Counted from the whole stretch's first letter, positions 23,249 to 37,140 are shown. The stretch is 55,332 nucleotides of DNA, filler included, from Sphacelaria rigidula (GCA_964200075.2; 6 parts of 6 records of this genome joined end to end with filler, not necessarily neighbours in it), one strand, 5' to 3'. Notes: generated from the sequence alone by a model not told the origin. A program made the numbers and translations.

Positions 23249-26200
23249 GGAGGTGCACTGCTGATCCACGATCATAAAGTGGAATTGTGCGAAGCACAGG
23301 CAGACGAAGATGGCTTGGATGAGCGCTTGGCTCATCACAGCGGGCACACACAAGTACACAAAGCCGTCGCACATGAAGGACTTATGTTCACGTGAAGAGG
23401 ATCCGCGCGGATACGAATTAGATATTACTTTTTCAAGTAATGGTTCCGTTTTCGGATCTTGTGCCGCTTTTCTTCTAGGTCACATCTATCTCTTCCTCTC
23501 CCTATTTTCTGCCTCGTTTCTCTCGGTTCATTGTCTTCGGTAGTGTTTTCGCTTTTTCCTCGCTGTTATATTATTCACTGTTCCGTTAAATGAAGTGACT
23601 TCGAAGACGAGGGCTTTCGAACGAGGGACGCTGCAAAGCATCATGCACGATGAACTCGTGCTGTAGTTGCAGTGATGCTAAAAAGGCAGAAAAAAAAACT
23701 TGGCGAGATGCACATATATACACCGCCATACGCATTCTCGAAAGTTGTACTTTTTTTTTTCACACAACGCAAAAATGTACACGTCTATCGCCCCGAACTG
23801 CGGCACGCCTCAAAGAGTTCATAACATGGCTGTTACCGCAATAAATCAGGGGTCTTGGTCTGTATTTGTGCTGTTGGTGTTCACAAGTCTCCGATAATCT
23901 GACCCGCTGTTAGGTGCAATGCACGACTTCAATGTGGCGTGAGACATCAGACCGCCTTCCACCGAGCGACTTCCCGATAAAATCCGCAAAGACATTTTAC
24001 TTGAGCAACCGGTGTATTGATTTTCACACATTGGCTGATCTACTACGAACCCAGCCGCGTTCACAGGATAGACATGCCCAAGGCAGATCAAGGGACGACA
24101 CTCTCAAGAAGTCTCAAGAATGTGCTGCGTGAGATGCATAGGCCAAATGACACAGCCTGCCGTGTTACTCTCCAGTTTTTCACCGCGCGCCGCACTAGAG
24201 ACCTATTTCCAGCCCTGCCGTACAACACTCTAGCCCGTCGTGCAGTACAGCTAGGCCCAGCACACGCCTCTGCACACTCGATTAGCTGCTCTTCGAGGAT
24301 AGGTTGTGAATAGTTTATATCACGTACAGGACGACATGCAAAACCCATCTGTACGCCCATCATGTTATAAGCGGACAACCGTCAAGCAGACCACGAGGTG
24401 CCTGCCAAGAACTTGAACCAGCACGAAGAAAAGAGGCGAGATACTGTCCAGCCTATGTTGATATGAAGCAAAAGGAGACGCAACAAGAACGGACAAAATG
24501 AGCGCGTACAGCAGCCCTGTATGTTCGCATCAACAGTTGCAAGGTTCACGTGTACATACCGGCACACCGCGCCTACTTATGCTCGCAGGTACGACACAAC
24601 GGCGTGGCATGGCCAAAAACCGTCTGCAGCCCTTAGCGGCTGAGTACTCTTGAAAATGGACATCGATGTAATGAGGCACCTTGTTGTATCAGAAAGCATG
24701 GCGAAGACGCACACAATTGACGCCGCCTAGTTTTTGGGCGCGCGGCGCGACCGATCTCACGCGTCCATGATGAACAAGCTAACAGTGCGAATATATTATG
24801 ATGAGAGAAACCGATGATCAGGCGACCTGGCTGTCTAAGCATCCTGCATGCACTGTTTTGTCGTCGCCCACATGCCACCTAAACCTTGGCCGCCCCCGCA
24901 TCTACATAATGCAGTCTCTCCAAGCGTCAGCTAGTTCTACTTCCTTGAAAATCGACTTACTCTTTATAATCTTGCTCGGTTCCAAACGGCGGAAGCTCGA
25001 ACCGAAACACGCATGATGAGCAACGAAACAAGCTTGCCACCCCTCCGATACTGCGGCACCCCACACTCTGGTGTGTCGGGCGCAGGTCGCCCCCGCAACA
25101 ATCTGGCCAACAACGAAGTCTAGTCAATGAATACCAGTCACAAAGAGCCACTTATTCTCACATTAAGCCCCCCAATCGAAACCTCACGGCGCACCATTTT
25201 ACCTCTTCCAAGCCGCAGGCCGTACAGAGGGGAATAATACTGCTTGTGGCGGAAAAGCACGGTCCGTCGCCTTCCCGCTCTACTCGTAGTCAGGCCGACA
25301 AGCAAATAAATCTGCTTAACCCTACTCCCGAGGTCCCAAAAAATCCCAACAGTGAACGGGACAGCTCACCTCAAGTGTGACTTGCAAGGGTACTCTTGGT
25401 TGCCTCCGGCAGTGCGATGGACGGTCGCTCGCCGCTCTCTCGTTTCCTACGCGTGTACGGTCTCAGATCAACGCGGCGTCATGCCGGTTCACAAGGTGCG
25501 CCTTTTGTGTCATGATCCAGCCCGCGGATATATTATGCGAATGCCTCCGTGCTCCGCATTTCTGATTGGCCAACGAAAGAAAAACGCGGCGGGATGAACG
25601 CGCTGATTGTTGACCCGTGGCCGTCCCATCTTGGCGACAGACAGTAAAGTACAGTATCCCGCACGTTTACATACGACTCACAAAGAACCCTGAGCGAAGA
25701 CGCTGAGATGGTGCTAAGAATTCTTTGCACAGTGTTGTTATGCTCAAGCACATGCTGGTGTGGGGTTTGTTGTCGAGCCTTGAACCGTTTCCTGTCTGCC
25801 CCCTGTGTTGGGTTGTGTGTATTTTCTTGCGATGCCGCGCACATGGGATGTACCAGGGTGTACCGCCGTGGGAAGTACCCCTTCCTTGCCTACAGAGATC
25901 GGTGTGCGCAGGCCAAATCAATATATCATGGTGCAACGGCCGAAATGTTCAACAGCGATGCTGCGGTATGCAATGTATCATAGTGCGTAGGTCACGCATT
26001 AGTCGTGCCACGATAGGGGCCGAACATTTGGGCCCAGATCGGGCCCCGAAAGTAAAGGGCTACACAACACTGTGGGTCAGGACACTCTGTGAAATCTATC
26101 GGGGAGATAGCCCATTAGAATGCTAACTGTGGCGTGCTCTCACACGTTCCATGGGTCTCCTATCACGTGATACTGTCTGTGCGGCTCCTATCACTTCGAA

Positions 26201-27067
26201 GCTGAGAAATGTTTGGTGCTCTCCCACAGTATTATCATAAAATGATTCGCGCGTGAGAAAGGGAGTGGTGTGTCTAGATGAGAGAGGGGGATGTTGCGTG
26301 GTGATCTTATCTCTCAGTTTTGGGGCACCGGTCGCAATGTATGTGCTGTCACATTCTTCACACTAGAAGCAGTAAACCGAAACATTACAGGCACACGCAC
26401 GTGTGGGGGGGAGCGGGGCACGTTCTGGAATACAGTAGATGCTCTTTCCTGGAGCCTTAGACAACAACATGTGTTTTGCATGTTTATGTTTGTGTGCTAG
26501 GGGAAGGACGCGCGCGCGGGGTCGGTGGGGAGTTTGGGGGTCGAATGCAGGGAGTACACCGCTGATATGGTCCGGTGGAGTGCATGACGAAGCTGCAGAC
26601 AAGTAACCATAAGGTGAGTATATTACGAGTCATCATCGCGGCACCCTTGGATGTCACACATGATGATTTCAGACCTCTGAGTAAGTGACAACATCAGATC
26701 TCCATCAATGAAGAGGCGACTCCCCGAGAGAATAGTGTCCGGGCTGATGTTAACCGCAATATTATAGATGAGGCACGCCTCCGGGGACATTTTCGTGGCA
26801 ATGGTAATCGAAGTCGCGGTCTGAGGTGCTGTCTCTCTGCCAAAAATGAGCATAATCAAGAAAACGACGGGTGCTGCGTGCAACCAGATTGCTCCATTTT
26901 TCTGCCATGTCATAGTTAGGCTTTGTACAAATATGTAGCGCACCGCCGGCAATTCGCCCTCGCAGAACGACGGTTGAGCGTGACGGCACTAGTTTATTGC
27001 ATGCATGTGCCGGTAGCTCAATGCACCTGTCGCCGTAGGTCAAGCTAAAGGTGCGTTGCCCGTATGA

Positions 27068-27290
27068 AAATTATCATCCCATCCATTCTGGACGCCCGTC
27101 GTCACCCATCTACTCTGGGCGCCCGTCTTCAGCTTTCGGTATATGTGAGCGCATCAGCCATGGTCACATCGGAGAAAGGTCAACGTAGGTATATTTTATT
27201 CCTCCATTTTGGCCCTCCACCTTCCTTCTGTTGTGGTTACCTTATTTTTTGTCGCGACACGGGTTCAGCGGTTCCCTTCCATCATCTACC
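27068..27290 (+). repeat. Dispersed SINE/LINE-tail-like repeat (family also at 30600-30795 minus and 46468-46670 plus)
   Basis: Shared TCATCCCAT..ATTCTGGA, CTTTCGGTATATGT..GCGCA, GGTCAC..GAAGGTCAAC blocks; ends approximate. Confidence 0.65.
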
Positions 27291-27618
27291 TACCGTGAAG
27301 TCAATTATGTGTACCCACAGCATTACCGCTATGCGCTGTGCGATCGAATCATCCGTGGAAATGGCTAGTTTCCCGCAAATTCGTCCTCATTTGGAAAAAC
27401 GCTTGAGTCGTGTATGCTCAAACCAAAAACAGTGAAGCACGGTTGCGAAGCTACTTTGTGAGCACCGCCGACGTATGCGTACATGTTGTTGGAAATTTAC
27501 ACAGCCAGCAATCTAGCTGTATATCTTTTATGTGTGAGTTTTTACTCTGTAGCAGATTAGCGGGTCAATACGTCTCGGTTCAACTAGGAACCGCCCAATA
27601 TTGACCAAAGGTTCAAGT

Positions 27619-27718
27619 NNNNNNNNNNNNNNNNNNNNNNNNNNNNNNNNNNNNNNNNNNNNTTAATTAATTAANNNNNNNNNNNNNNNNNNNNNNNNNN
27701 NNNNNNNNNNNNNNNNNN
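27619..27718. other. Artificial contig linker
   Basis: Same 100-bp spacer. Confidence 0.98.
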
Positions 27719-27735
27719 CCCCCCCATTAGAGTGG

Positions 27736-27809
27736 TGCTCCGTCTCGAAAGGGATGCGTGGTCAATGGTCACACGACTAAGGCAAGCAACAAATGAGTAC
27801 GCCCCCCCC
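27736..27809 (+). mobile_element. ~66-nt LINE 3'-tail insertion with 17-bp TSD
   Basis: Flanked by CCCCCCCATTAGAGTGG (27719-27735, 27803-27819). Confidence 0.85.
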
Positions 27810-28593
27810 ATTAGAGTGGCTGGTTTCAAGAGGCAAAATGAATATGTAAATCAAAATGGCAACAGCTGACCGCACGGAGCAGGTGGGGAACTCCTACGAT
27901 TGGGGTCGAATTTGCCAATGTCGCCCATGTGAGGCGTCATGCAGTCTGAGACCAGCTATAATGCACCGTAGGGTCATGTTTTTCGTGACAGTTTTGGGAC
28001 TGGTTTGGGGGGGGGGGGGGGGGGGGGCGAGGCATCCTCCCCGTGCAGGAGGGGTAGGAAAGGGGNNNNNNNNNNGGTGTCGCCTGGGGAGGGGGTTAGG
28101 GAGCGAGCGCGGAGCTGGATGCTCGTGGTGGGTTTTTGTTTGGGGTGGGGGTGTGGGGGGGGGGGGGGGGGGGGGGGGGGGGGTATCGCCGCATCACTCC
28201 CTTGCAAGAGCGTTTAAAAACGAGGGAAGCATGGGAAGCATAGGGGGCGGAGTCTTCCATTTGTTGATGTGTCTTGTTTTGCCGAAATGTTCGTAGTACT
28301 TACTGTCCCTTAGCCTTGCAAAACCGCCTTTGAAAGGAGGGAAACATGAGGGGCGAAGTGTCGAATGTATTGGTTTTTCTTGTTATACTTTCCGAATATT
28401 CATGCTACTCCTTGTACTTTAGCCTTGAGAACAAGCTCTTGAAAAAATAGGGAAACATGGGGGGAGGGAGGAGGGAGGGGGGGGCTTTTCCAACAGCGTT
28501 TCCTCAAGAACATGTGGTATGAATGGATAGCGCGAAACATGAACCCGGGCGGCCGCAGAATTGCATATGACGTCGACGACTCAACATGTAAAA

Positions 28594-28852
28594 GAGTAAT
28601 GCCACAATAGGGGTGCACAAAATATTCATGAGGTTAGAATAGTTAGGAGCCCTTTATTTAATCCAAGAAACGACTGATGAAAAAATTGAAAACACGCGAC
28701 GATTAGCACCCAATGGGCTAGGGATATCTCGAATTCATTTTGGAACAGGAACGAACGTCCTGATCCATTTTCTTGAGTACGTGCTAATTTCAGGACCCTG
28801 TCAACGAGAACGATTTGGGCCGAAATGTGCAACCCGTACCGTGCCACGACTC
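28594..28852. mobile_element. GAG...CTC MITE (~258 bp), Sola-like
   Basis: Diverged copy of the 37599/39773 family; 4-bp TSD AAAA. Confidence 0.72.
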
Positions 28853-29512
28853 AAAAAGTAAAGTAGAATTTTGCGATGACAGCAAGAACGCCATCTACCA
28901 GCACGAAAAAATCATCACTCTCAAGCCCCCAACCTCCTACCGAAAGTACCATGTATTCATTTCTCAGGTCGGACTCGTGTGTCGATTCAATACAGCGTTT
29001 TACAACAACCGGTGGATCCTCTACTGAATCCCACCGTTCCAAATCTACGGTAGGTGACACGGTAGTCTTAAAAGGACGCTCGAGAAAACGAACGGGATGT
29101 CCACAAAAGCGACGAAAGGCAGGTGACTAAAACGTTAACGAGAAAAGCGGCAAAATGAAAGTGACTAAAGAATTCACTAAGAAGTCGATTTGGGAGTGCA
29201 GCTTGTCCGATCCAATCCATTTCATTTCATGCACCCCCAACTCGGCCGACGATACTTCTGCGCTACCGGGTCTCCGAACCCGACGCAGGCGTCCGCGATG
29301 GTTTGTGGTCGCTTCACGCCTCTCATAGATGGAAAGCTGCAACTTAGCCAATGATGGTACTCCTGCATGGTGCCTTACGGAACACCGCCACATGTTCCCC
29401 CCCCTCCACCCCGCCAATGTTTACAACTCTCTACACGCACACATGACAGCACCGTATTTCACTCCGACAAAAGTTGACCACTTGTCAATGATATCAAATA
29501 AAAATGAGTGAA

Positions 29513-32500
29513 CTATGTCAGGTCGATAGAGCCTTGGGATAGATCCTGCGTGCCGCTTGAACTCGCCCTCGCTCCCGCCGCCGCCTGCGAGCCGTATCTC
29601 TGAACTGCAAGCGGCCCCAACACCCTGGGGGCGGGTCGCTCAGCGCCCGTCGACCCTACGAGACCGATGTCTCTGAGGAAGCTACGAACGTTACCCACTC
29701 CATGAACGGGGGGAGTGGGAACGACGTCGGCGCCGCCTCCGTTCCCGCTACCTCCACCGCCTCCGCGCCCGCGCTGGCAGTTGTCGTTACGCCCACGGAT
29801 TCGCGCTTTGGGCGCAGGACCCTTCCTAGGAGCACCAGCTTGGCCCTCAACTGGGCGGGGAGGGAGGATGCTGCTCTCGGATAACTCTGACCAGATAGGC
29901 AGCACCACGCGATACTCGGGATTGCTGTGGACTTCTCGGTAGTATTTCAGGGTATACCCGCGGTCAACGAATGCCATCATGGCATCAAGCCTGTTTATGG
30001 CTGTCGGACGTTCACAGGGGGGCAACGAGGTGCAATGTAAAATCAAAACGGTGAGATAACGGTTGAGGGAAAAGGCGACATATCCGCAGTACTATCGCCT
30101 TTGTTGCAACTCCCTCTGAAACATGCAATAAAAATATTCAACAACAATTTGTGCATTCGGTTTAGGTGAAGAGTGATCCGTGGAGATTTTTTTCTGGAAG
30201 AGAATCAAAAGGCTATTGGACAACAGCGAGGGCCGGAGTTGCCTCTTGTGTGCTTGTTCGAATACCACCCCAAGTGTTGTCCTCGTGGAGGGGGACGCGG
30301 TGGAATCTGTCGTCAAATTCGGGGTATTCACTTTCCAGGCGAGCACGCATACAATATTTTGTATATAGAGTCTTGTACGCATCAGCCGCGAGCATGTACA
30401 GGGGACAACTCGACGCATATCAACATGAAGCCTTCAGCACAATCGAAAAGGTCGCTACGACGAAAGGATCCTCAATGTTGTCCATGGCCCGACAACCAAA
30501 AGAACACAACAAGAAATACAATGAAATAGAAGAATACTCGAACGAAACAATGAATTATTATCCGAACAATAAAAGACGAAATGGACTTCATGGTCGGGGA
30601 GGGAAAGAGACCGCTGAACCGTTCTCGCAATCAAAAAAAATTCAAGCATCGCAGAAGGACGATGGAGTGCTAAAAACAAATAAAACCAAAAAGAACTCTT
30701 GTGTTGACCTTTGTCCTGTGTGACCCCGGCCAATGCGCCGACATATACGGAAAGGTGTAGACTGGCGTCAGGAACAAAGATGACCACACAAACGCGTAGT
30801 ACTAGGTGCAATAAGATTACTTCACGTCACATATAGCAGCAGGATCGAAATGCGGACAGTACGACGCCAGGGAGTGACATACACCCCATGCGGCTATCCA
30901 CACAAAGACTTACATTTCAACGCAGCGATTGCGTCGCAGCACAGCAACTTCCACCTGGAAGGCACGCGGCAGGTGCAATCCATGAAGGCACCTTTCCCGT
31001 CGGCGTCCGGCAGTTGAATCGTCACCCTGTTGCCGTGCTTGGCGTCACCGTGCTCCTGAACCGTGAAGACACCCAGGCCCTGGTTCTGGACGTACTTCCT
31101 GTTCACGAGTGTAGCCAAGAAGGGAGCAACAACGAAACGAACATACGGACAAAGTTGAGACGACAGCGACGGGGACCGGCGGGTTTTGCTCTTTGTGGCA
31201 ATTGCGTAACATACTCATGCACAATGCAAGACTACAAAACCAACCTTTTGACTCAAAGGACAGAGAAGCGACGGTAAAACAGGGTAGTTGTCGGGGGTGG
31301 TTTTGATTTCGGCAAGTGGAACGGCGGTGTCCGGCCACCATGGTAGTGCAGTCTCTTCATTTCGTTTTGGTAATTTCATGACGCGCGGCCACAACGGGGG
31401 GGTGTCCCACCGGGTGTGGTGTGGTGAAAACATCAACAGAACACGAAGGTAATCGAAAATCGTATTTGACGTGTGAAAACCAATATTGCAACACATTTTT
31501 CGTCTGACAACAATTCGTCCAACGAAAAGAACCGCAACCAACAGTTTTGAGAGGAAACGAAACGCCACTAGACGACAACGGATCATGGAGTGAATCCACA
31601 AGCGAACTAACTGAAGGAACATGCCAAGCATGACGCCAACCATGATTTGCCTTGCTAAGCGTCTGTGCTAACATTAAACTGAGCTTCCTCTCGTTCTCAA
31701 TGAACGCCTTCGCGAATGGAACAAGGGCATCAGCAGAGTCCTTCTTCAGTTCGGCGTGGGTCGCGAGTCTCTCCGCGGTTTGTTCCGCTATCGCCATTGT
31801 GACATGAAAGGGGTCCAGCGCCCGAGCCTGTGCGCATGACGATGTCGCATCAAGGAAGGGAGGAGTGAGAGGAAGCCAAGTCGTTTGGTGCGTCAAGTAC
31901 ATGGGCGAAATGTTGCCGCCAGGCTCCGGTTCATCATCAGACCGCCTTTCTCTCGTGTGCTCATCTTTTACCCCAAAGCAACGAATCAAGGCTGTCTTCC
32001 CGCGTTCGGAGGAAAACGAAGACCGGCGAAAAGAAAACAAGCGAATATCCATTCAAGACGAGATTTCACAAATTGGGGATGAACCTTGGGAAGCTTGACA
32101 AGCATCGAACTATTGTCGAAATAGAAATTCAAACGCACTCTCCGCCCGTGATGTGTGGTGTCGCTCATCAAAAAACGTCAATCTAAAATTTGTAAAATTC
32201 GGTGTGTATACCGAACAATGTCGTCCTCCGGTCCGTCCGGATAAAAAAACTGTTCGTATTTCTCTAAATCCACTGAAAAGACGGGACATTTAAAATTGCG
32301 GTTGTCTGTCTTTTAGGATGAAAGAGATCACACATCACGGGCGGAGAGTGCGTTTGTACTTGTTTATATTTCGATAATGTTTCGATCAAGCTTCCCAACG
32401 TTCATCCCCAACAAAAAATCCATCCCCAAATTGTAAAATCCCGTGTTATTTGAGGATTTGTTTTTCTTTTGTCAGGTATCAAACACACCGTACACACACA

Positions 32501-35146
32501 CCAGTCCGCCGAACAGCAGCTCCAGCAGCAAACACAGCGAAAGAAAGAAGAGAACGTCCGGGAAAAGCACACTAGCAACCGATTCCACCCGTGCTCTGCA
32601 CATCCCAGCAGGTGTGGCGAGAGTTATGGTCACAAAATACAGCAAGAGCAACGACAAGGAATCCAAATCCTTCATTCCGCTGCGTGTCTGCCCATTTTTT
32701 GTTGCCCCACAGACACATCCTTCTGTCAACCCTTTTCAATCCAGCAGACGAGCTGTAGCAATGGCGTAGAGGCAGCGCAGCCGAGGGCTACTGTCATGTA
32801 CATCACCATCTGTAAAGAATCACTGCTCCGCGGGCGTAAGAAAAAGAGGATCCCTGCACGATTTGCGGGCGCCTCACAAGATCCCCCTCTCCTCGCAACC
32901 CTTTTTTATCCTGACACGAGCAGTGACAATGGTTTCGTCGACGGCAACCATCATATAAATCTCCGTTTCGACAATATCAGGACTTTGGGGGTCTTCAAGC
33001 TGTGTTGCTATGTACTGTTGCTGAGCAGCGTACTTTGTATGATTTTCCCAGGAGAAAAGACGGCTGTGGTAACAAACAGCGAGATATTTGTTCCCGTTCC
33101 TCCTAACTTGGCTCGATGATTTGACACGGCGTGGACCATGTTCACCCTCACCCCTGCTCCAACCATGGAGATTGTTGATTCCGCGTTGTTGGATGTCGTG
33201 GAGTCTTGGACCACGAGGTTCCTGTCAGTGGCATGGTGTGTCCATTGCTCGAGGGGGCGGGAAGTGAGAAGGGCGTAGTTTGACGGGAAGCGCTCCTTGA
33301 CGGTTGCCATGGCCTCGTCGAAAAGATGTTTGGAAGGCATCTTCGCCGCTTCGTAGACCGCCGCGGAATAGTCCTGGTCGATGCGAACAAGTTGACACAT
33401 CAAGTCATCTACACAGGTTTTGCCTGTCAGGACGTGTTTCTTCGAGGCTTCCACACTCCGTGTTCGCGGGAGGGCTCATCTCAAATTCGTTCAGCAAACG
33501 TTGGGCGAATGTTTCACAAACGAAACTTGCGAGGGGATTGCGAAGTATCTGCTAAAACAAAACAGGGCAGTCAAAACCAGTGGCAAACTACGCCCGCGGA
33601 TGTCCCTTGCGGTGGTGTCAACTTTCAGGCGAGAACTTGAGTTTGTGTGAAAGATTGTCATCAACATGCGTACATGCCCAAGCATGTCCCTTGAAAAACT
33701 CACGCAAATAGCAATGCGCGTATGATACAAGGAATGGCTGCCTACATGCGCACGGCACTAGTAAGAGCGATAGTGCACGCTTGGGAAACGACTGTCAATG
33801 AAGTAATCAGTAGTTCAGATCTCGACCTATTCCTGTACCCTGAAAAGGGTTGGGTTGTCAATTTTTTGTTGCTTCGCCATACGTTGTATTTGGGGCCTAG
33901 TATTTCCGTTGGCTATCCCCCGACTGCATGTTATCCGTGGAGTCGTCGTTGGCTATCCCACGAAAATTCAAGACCGAGCCATTGGCTACAGACAAAGGTC
34001 ATGAGGTGGGGGGCGTGTTTGTACAGATAGCATCACATTTCCACGACACATGAACAAAAACAGTCCACACATAGACGTACTCACCGCTCCCATCTTCTTC
34101 ATTCGCTGGTTCGTGATCAAGTGCCTCAAACACGTACGAACCGGTGCACGAGGGACAACAGAGGCGAGCGCCGGGGGTGATCCTCTGTGGCCATCGGTGA
34201 AGAACGTCGCCTTCCCGGAGGTGAGGAGTTCCCTCATGTCCTCGTTCTTGATGGTCTGCTCAAGGAGAAACGTGTAGTTCGTCTCGTTCTCTTTGTCAGC
34301 GATCACAGTGGAGACGTGGATAAGATGGTTGTTGCTGTCCTTCATAGAGAGGACGTACATGACCCCCTTCCAGGAACCCTTGAGGTGGCCAGCGCCCATA
34401 GACACAACCTGTAATTGACGGCGGGGGCGTATTGGTCGAGAATTCCGTCAGGTGGAACAGCTAGGGGGATACCGTGCGTTGTGCTGCAACCGCAAACCCT
34501 TCCAGGACGCACCCCCCACTTCACCCCTGCACTACCGGTTCAGCCCAAACACTCTGATTTCTCCCCACGGTGGGGTGCTTTTTTCGCACCCCCCTGCGCT
34601 TGGGTTTGTCAACAGCAGAGAGGTGTTCTTACCGTACGACATATTGACCGCCGTCGGCGTATCGTCGACACAATACCGACGGATCCCATTGCGCCAAATA
34701 TCCTCTGTTGTTGACGCTGCTATCTTGCACAGAAAATATGGCATTAAACACCTGTCAACCAACCCCATGTACAGCACACTTCTGTACCTCTCACGGAGTA
34801 GGGCGGCTGCGGGTGCGCAACGCGAAAATGTGATACCGCCAGGCCCAAGGACAAGAGAGGCCAATAAGGAACGCGAAGAGGATCGAAAGAGGAAAATCGC
34901 AAGCGTCCTACGCGGGGTCTCCGCCTACTCTAAAGTATTTGTATTCCGGGGAAATCATCTAAATGCAGGGCAAACAAGTTCTTCGACTCCATTCATTTCC
35001 TTCACTCTATGTCCTTCAACTTCTGTCAGCGTTTGTTGATCAATTTCTTCAGCAGCAGTATGCCTGCAGTATGCAACAAAAACATCACAACGATCATGAG
35101 AAGTTTCGAAAATGTTCCCTTGCTTGTTGATCAATTTCTTCAGCAT
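29513..35146 (-). CDS. Intron-containing MULE (Mutator) transposase with SWIM domain; supported exons 34408-34085, 33373-33152, 31827-31673, 31098-30914, 30000-29513; upstream exons (34600-35146) unresolved
   Basis: SMGAGHLKG, FTDGHRG, CLRH, TSNNAES (MULE DDE scaffold), CTCRVPSRWKLLCCDAIA (SWIM), C-terminal PP..GAPRK..RI; splice phases 0,0,2,1 consistent. Confidence 0.88.
30600..30795 (-). repeat. Dispersed SINE/LINE-tail-like repeat in a MULE intron
   Basis: Reverse complement resembles 46468-46670. Confidence 0.65.
32057..32445. mobile_element. MITE with ~100-bp TIRs (CACGG-like end) in a MULE intron
   Basis: GATTTCACAAATTGGGGATG..AAACGCACTCTCCGCCCGTGATGTG vs CACATCACGGGCGGAGAGTGCGTTT..CATCCCCAAATTGTAAAATCCCGTG; TSD not preserved. 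Confidence 0.8.
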
Positions 35147-36856
35147 TATTTGACAAAAAATAAAAACAATTAGGGGGGGGGGGCTACGTGTCCAACAATT
35201 GTCTCCACGCAGCCCCCTGTTCCGGGTACCAAAGCAGGAAACCGATCCGAGAAATGCGGCTACAGCACGGCACGTACGGACGATCTGATCAATACTTCTT
35301 CGCTGTTACAGCTCTTGGTCGTCACCAAGACGGCAGCACCAAAACCGCCCTGCCACATACATTGTGACGAGTGCTGGCTGTCTTCCTTTGTTCGCGCGCA
35401 CTTGGCGTATTCGATAAAGTCCAAATGTGTACTCGACAGCACCCAAATTACGGGACGCGGCGTTTCGTTATATTGCCACCTGCGGCACGTCGCGCCTCGC
35501 ACGCGACCTGCTACGACTATTTCTTTGTTTGGTGTCGGCCATGGATTGGCGGCTGCCCAATGCGTGTCACATTCCATGCTACTATGGTCTAACTATAAGT
35601 ATCAGTCCCCTCCGATCGTGTCGTGAGTGGGAGGTTTGCTCCGCGGTGCGGTGGTGTAAGATATTTTGAAGAAACGTCTGTCTTCCCCGTGTCGGATGAT
35701 GTGACCTCAGCAGGGAGCCAAATCACCCACCACGCAAGATAAACCCGCACACTACAATCGCTGCGAGTGTAGTGATTGCAGATTGCAGGCCAAAATATTG
35801 TTGGACCGGTTGTACTAGTTCGTGTTCTCTGTCGACTGCCCACTACTGTATGTTACTTTGTTTCACGGCTGATCATGAGTGCAGCTGTACGGACGATAAT
35901 GATGTTGCTATTACTGCTGCTGTACAAAGCAGATTCGAACCAGAAAAAGAAAAGAAAATGTGGAACTTACAATTGACATCATCCGTACCGTATGAGATAA
36001 ACCCATTTCGTCGAAGAAGAGTAGTGTGTTCGTCGTTCTCTGCTGTCGGAACGTGACATTGTGTCCCCTACCCACCCCACCGAACAACCACCTCATCACA
36101 TTTCGGGATGAGTTTAAGACAGAATTGAAGACACGATAATTTTAGACCTCAACATTTATCAGCTTGTGAGCGTCCCTCGAATAGCAGCAGGGTCTTCACG
36201 CGTCTTGAACTTTGCCTCAAGAGCTATGTTTCGGGTTGGCCCTTGGGTCACGTTGGAGTCTGAATGGTGATGGGTGGTGCTGCTGCTGCTTCTGTTACTC
36301 GTGCTACTGCCTCCTACCTTCTCCAGTGCACAGCGGGCTTGCCCCAGTTTTGCCGATGTGAGATGAGGTCTTGCTTTAACTGACGATGCAATTGCGAACG
36401 GAACCGTGCCCTGTTCGGGGAGCTGTGGCTAGCCGCAGATGAGTACAGTTGAATTTTACATCGGTGTGCCCTGTTGTGTCGCTGTGCTCGAGGATAGAAG
36501 CCCCGTAGGTAAAAACGGCAATATGAGCCCCATATACACATCCGGTTGCAAGGGGAAAGAAATGTGTCTGGGGTGACCAGGGGGCACCAGGATTCCATCC
36601 CCAGTTTTCCACTTTATATTTGAAAAATCGGCACTGGGATGTCCACACGTACCAGTAGGAGACGGGGTGCTGGTACCTTTTCCACGAGCATAATATTGCC
36701 TGCACACGTGACAGGTAAAGGTTGGGTGAGTGTTATCAATATCCCCCGTGTTACCACGGGACGCTCGGACATCATCCCCGGGTTTCCAACACAGCGAGAT
36801 CAGGCAGGGGACAGTAACTTATGTTTTTCACATCCACCTCCGCATGTTGGAGTTCC

Positions 36857-36956
36857 NNNNNNNNNNNNNNNNNNNNNNNNNNNNNNNNNNNNNNNNNNNN
36901 TTAATTAATTAANNNNNNNNNNNNNNNNNNNNNNNNNNNNNNNNNNNNNNNNNNNN
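36857..36956. other. Artificial contig linker
   Basis: Same 100-bp spacer. Confidence 0.98.
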
Positions 36957-37140
36957 GATGCAAAAAAATATGGGTCAGGGCAACCCCGTTTGCAAATTGA
37001 TTCGGGGTGTCCCCAGCATATTGGAGTAGTAATCCTGGCGTACTTTCACATATTTTCATAGGTCGTGTTTTGCATGAGATCAAGGGCTCCTAACAACTTT
37101 AAGCTCAGAAAATATTTGTGCACCCCTACCGTAGCATCAC
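36957..37140. mobile_element. Partial Sola-like MITE cut by the contig start
   Basis: Ends GTGCACCCCTACCGTAGCATCAC. Confidence 0.75.

Noticed and set aside
28007..28185. Gly/Pro-rich ORFs or a G-quadruplex locus
   Set aside because: Long G-runs around an internal N gap; low-quality, low-complexity sequence.
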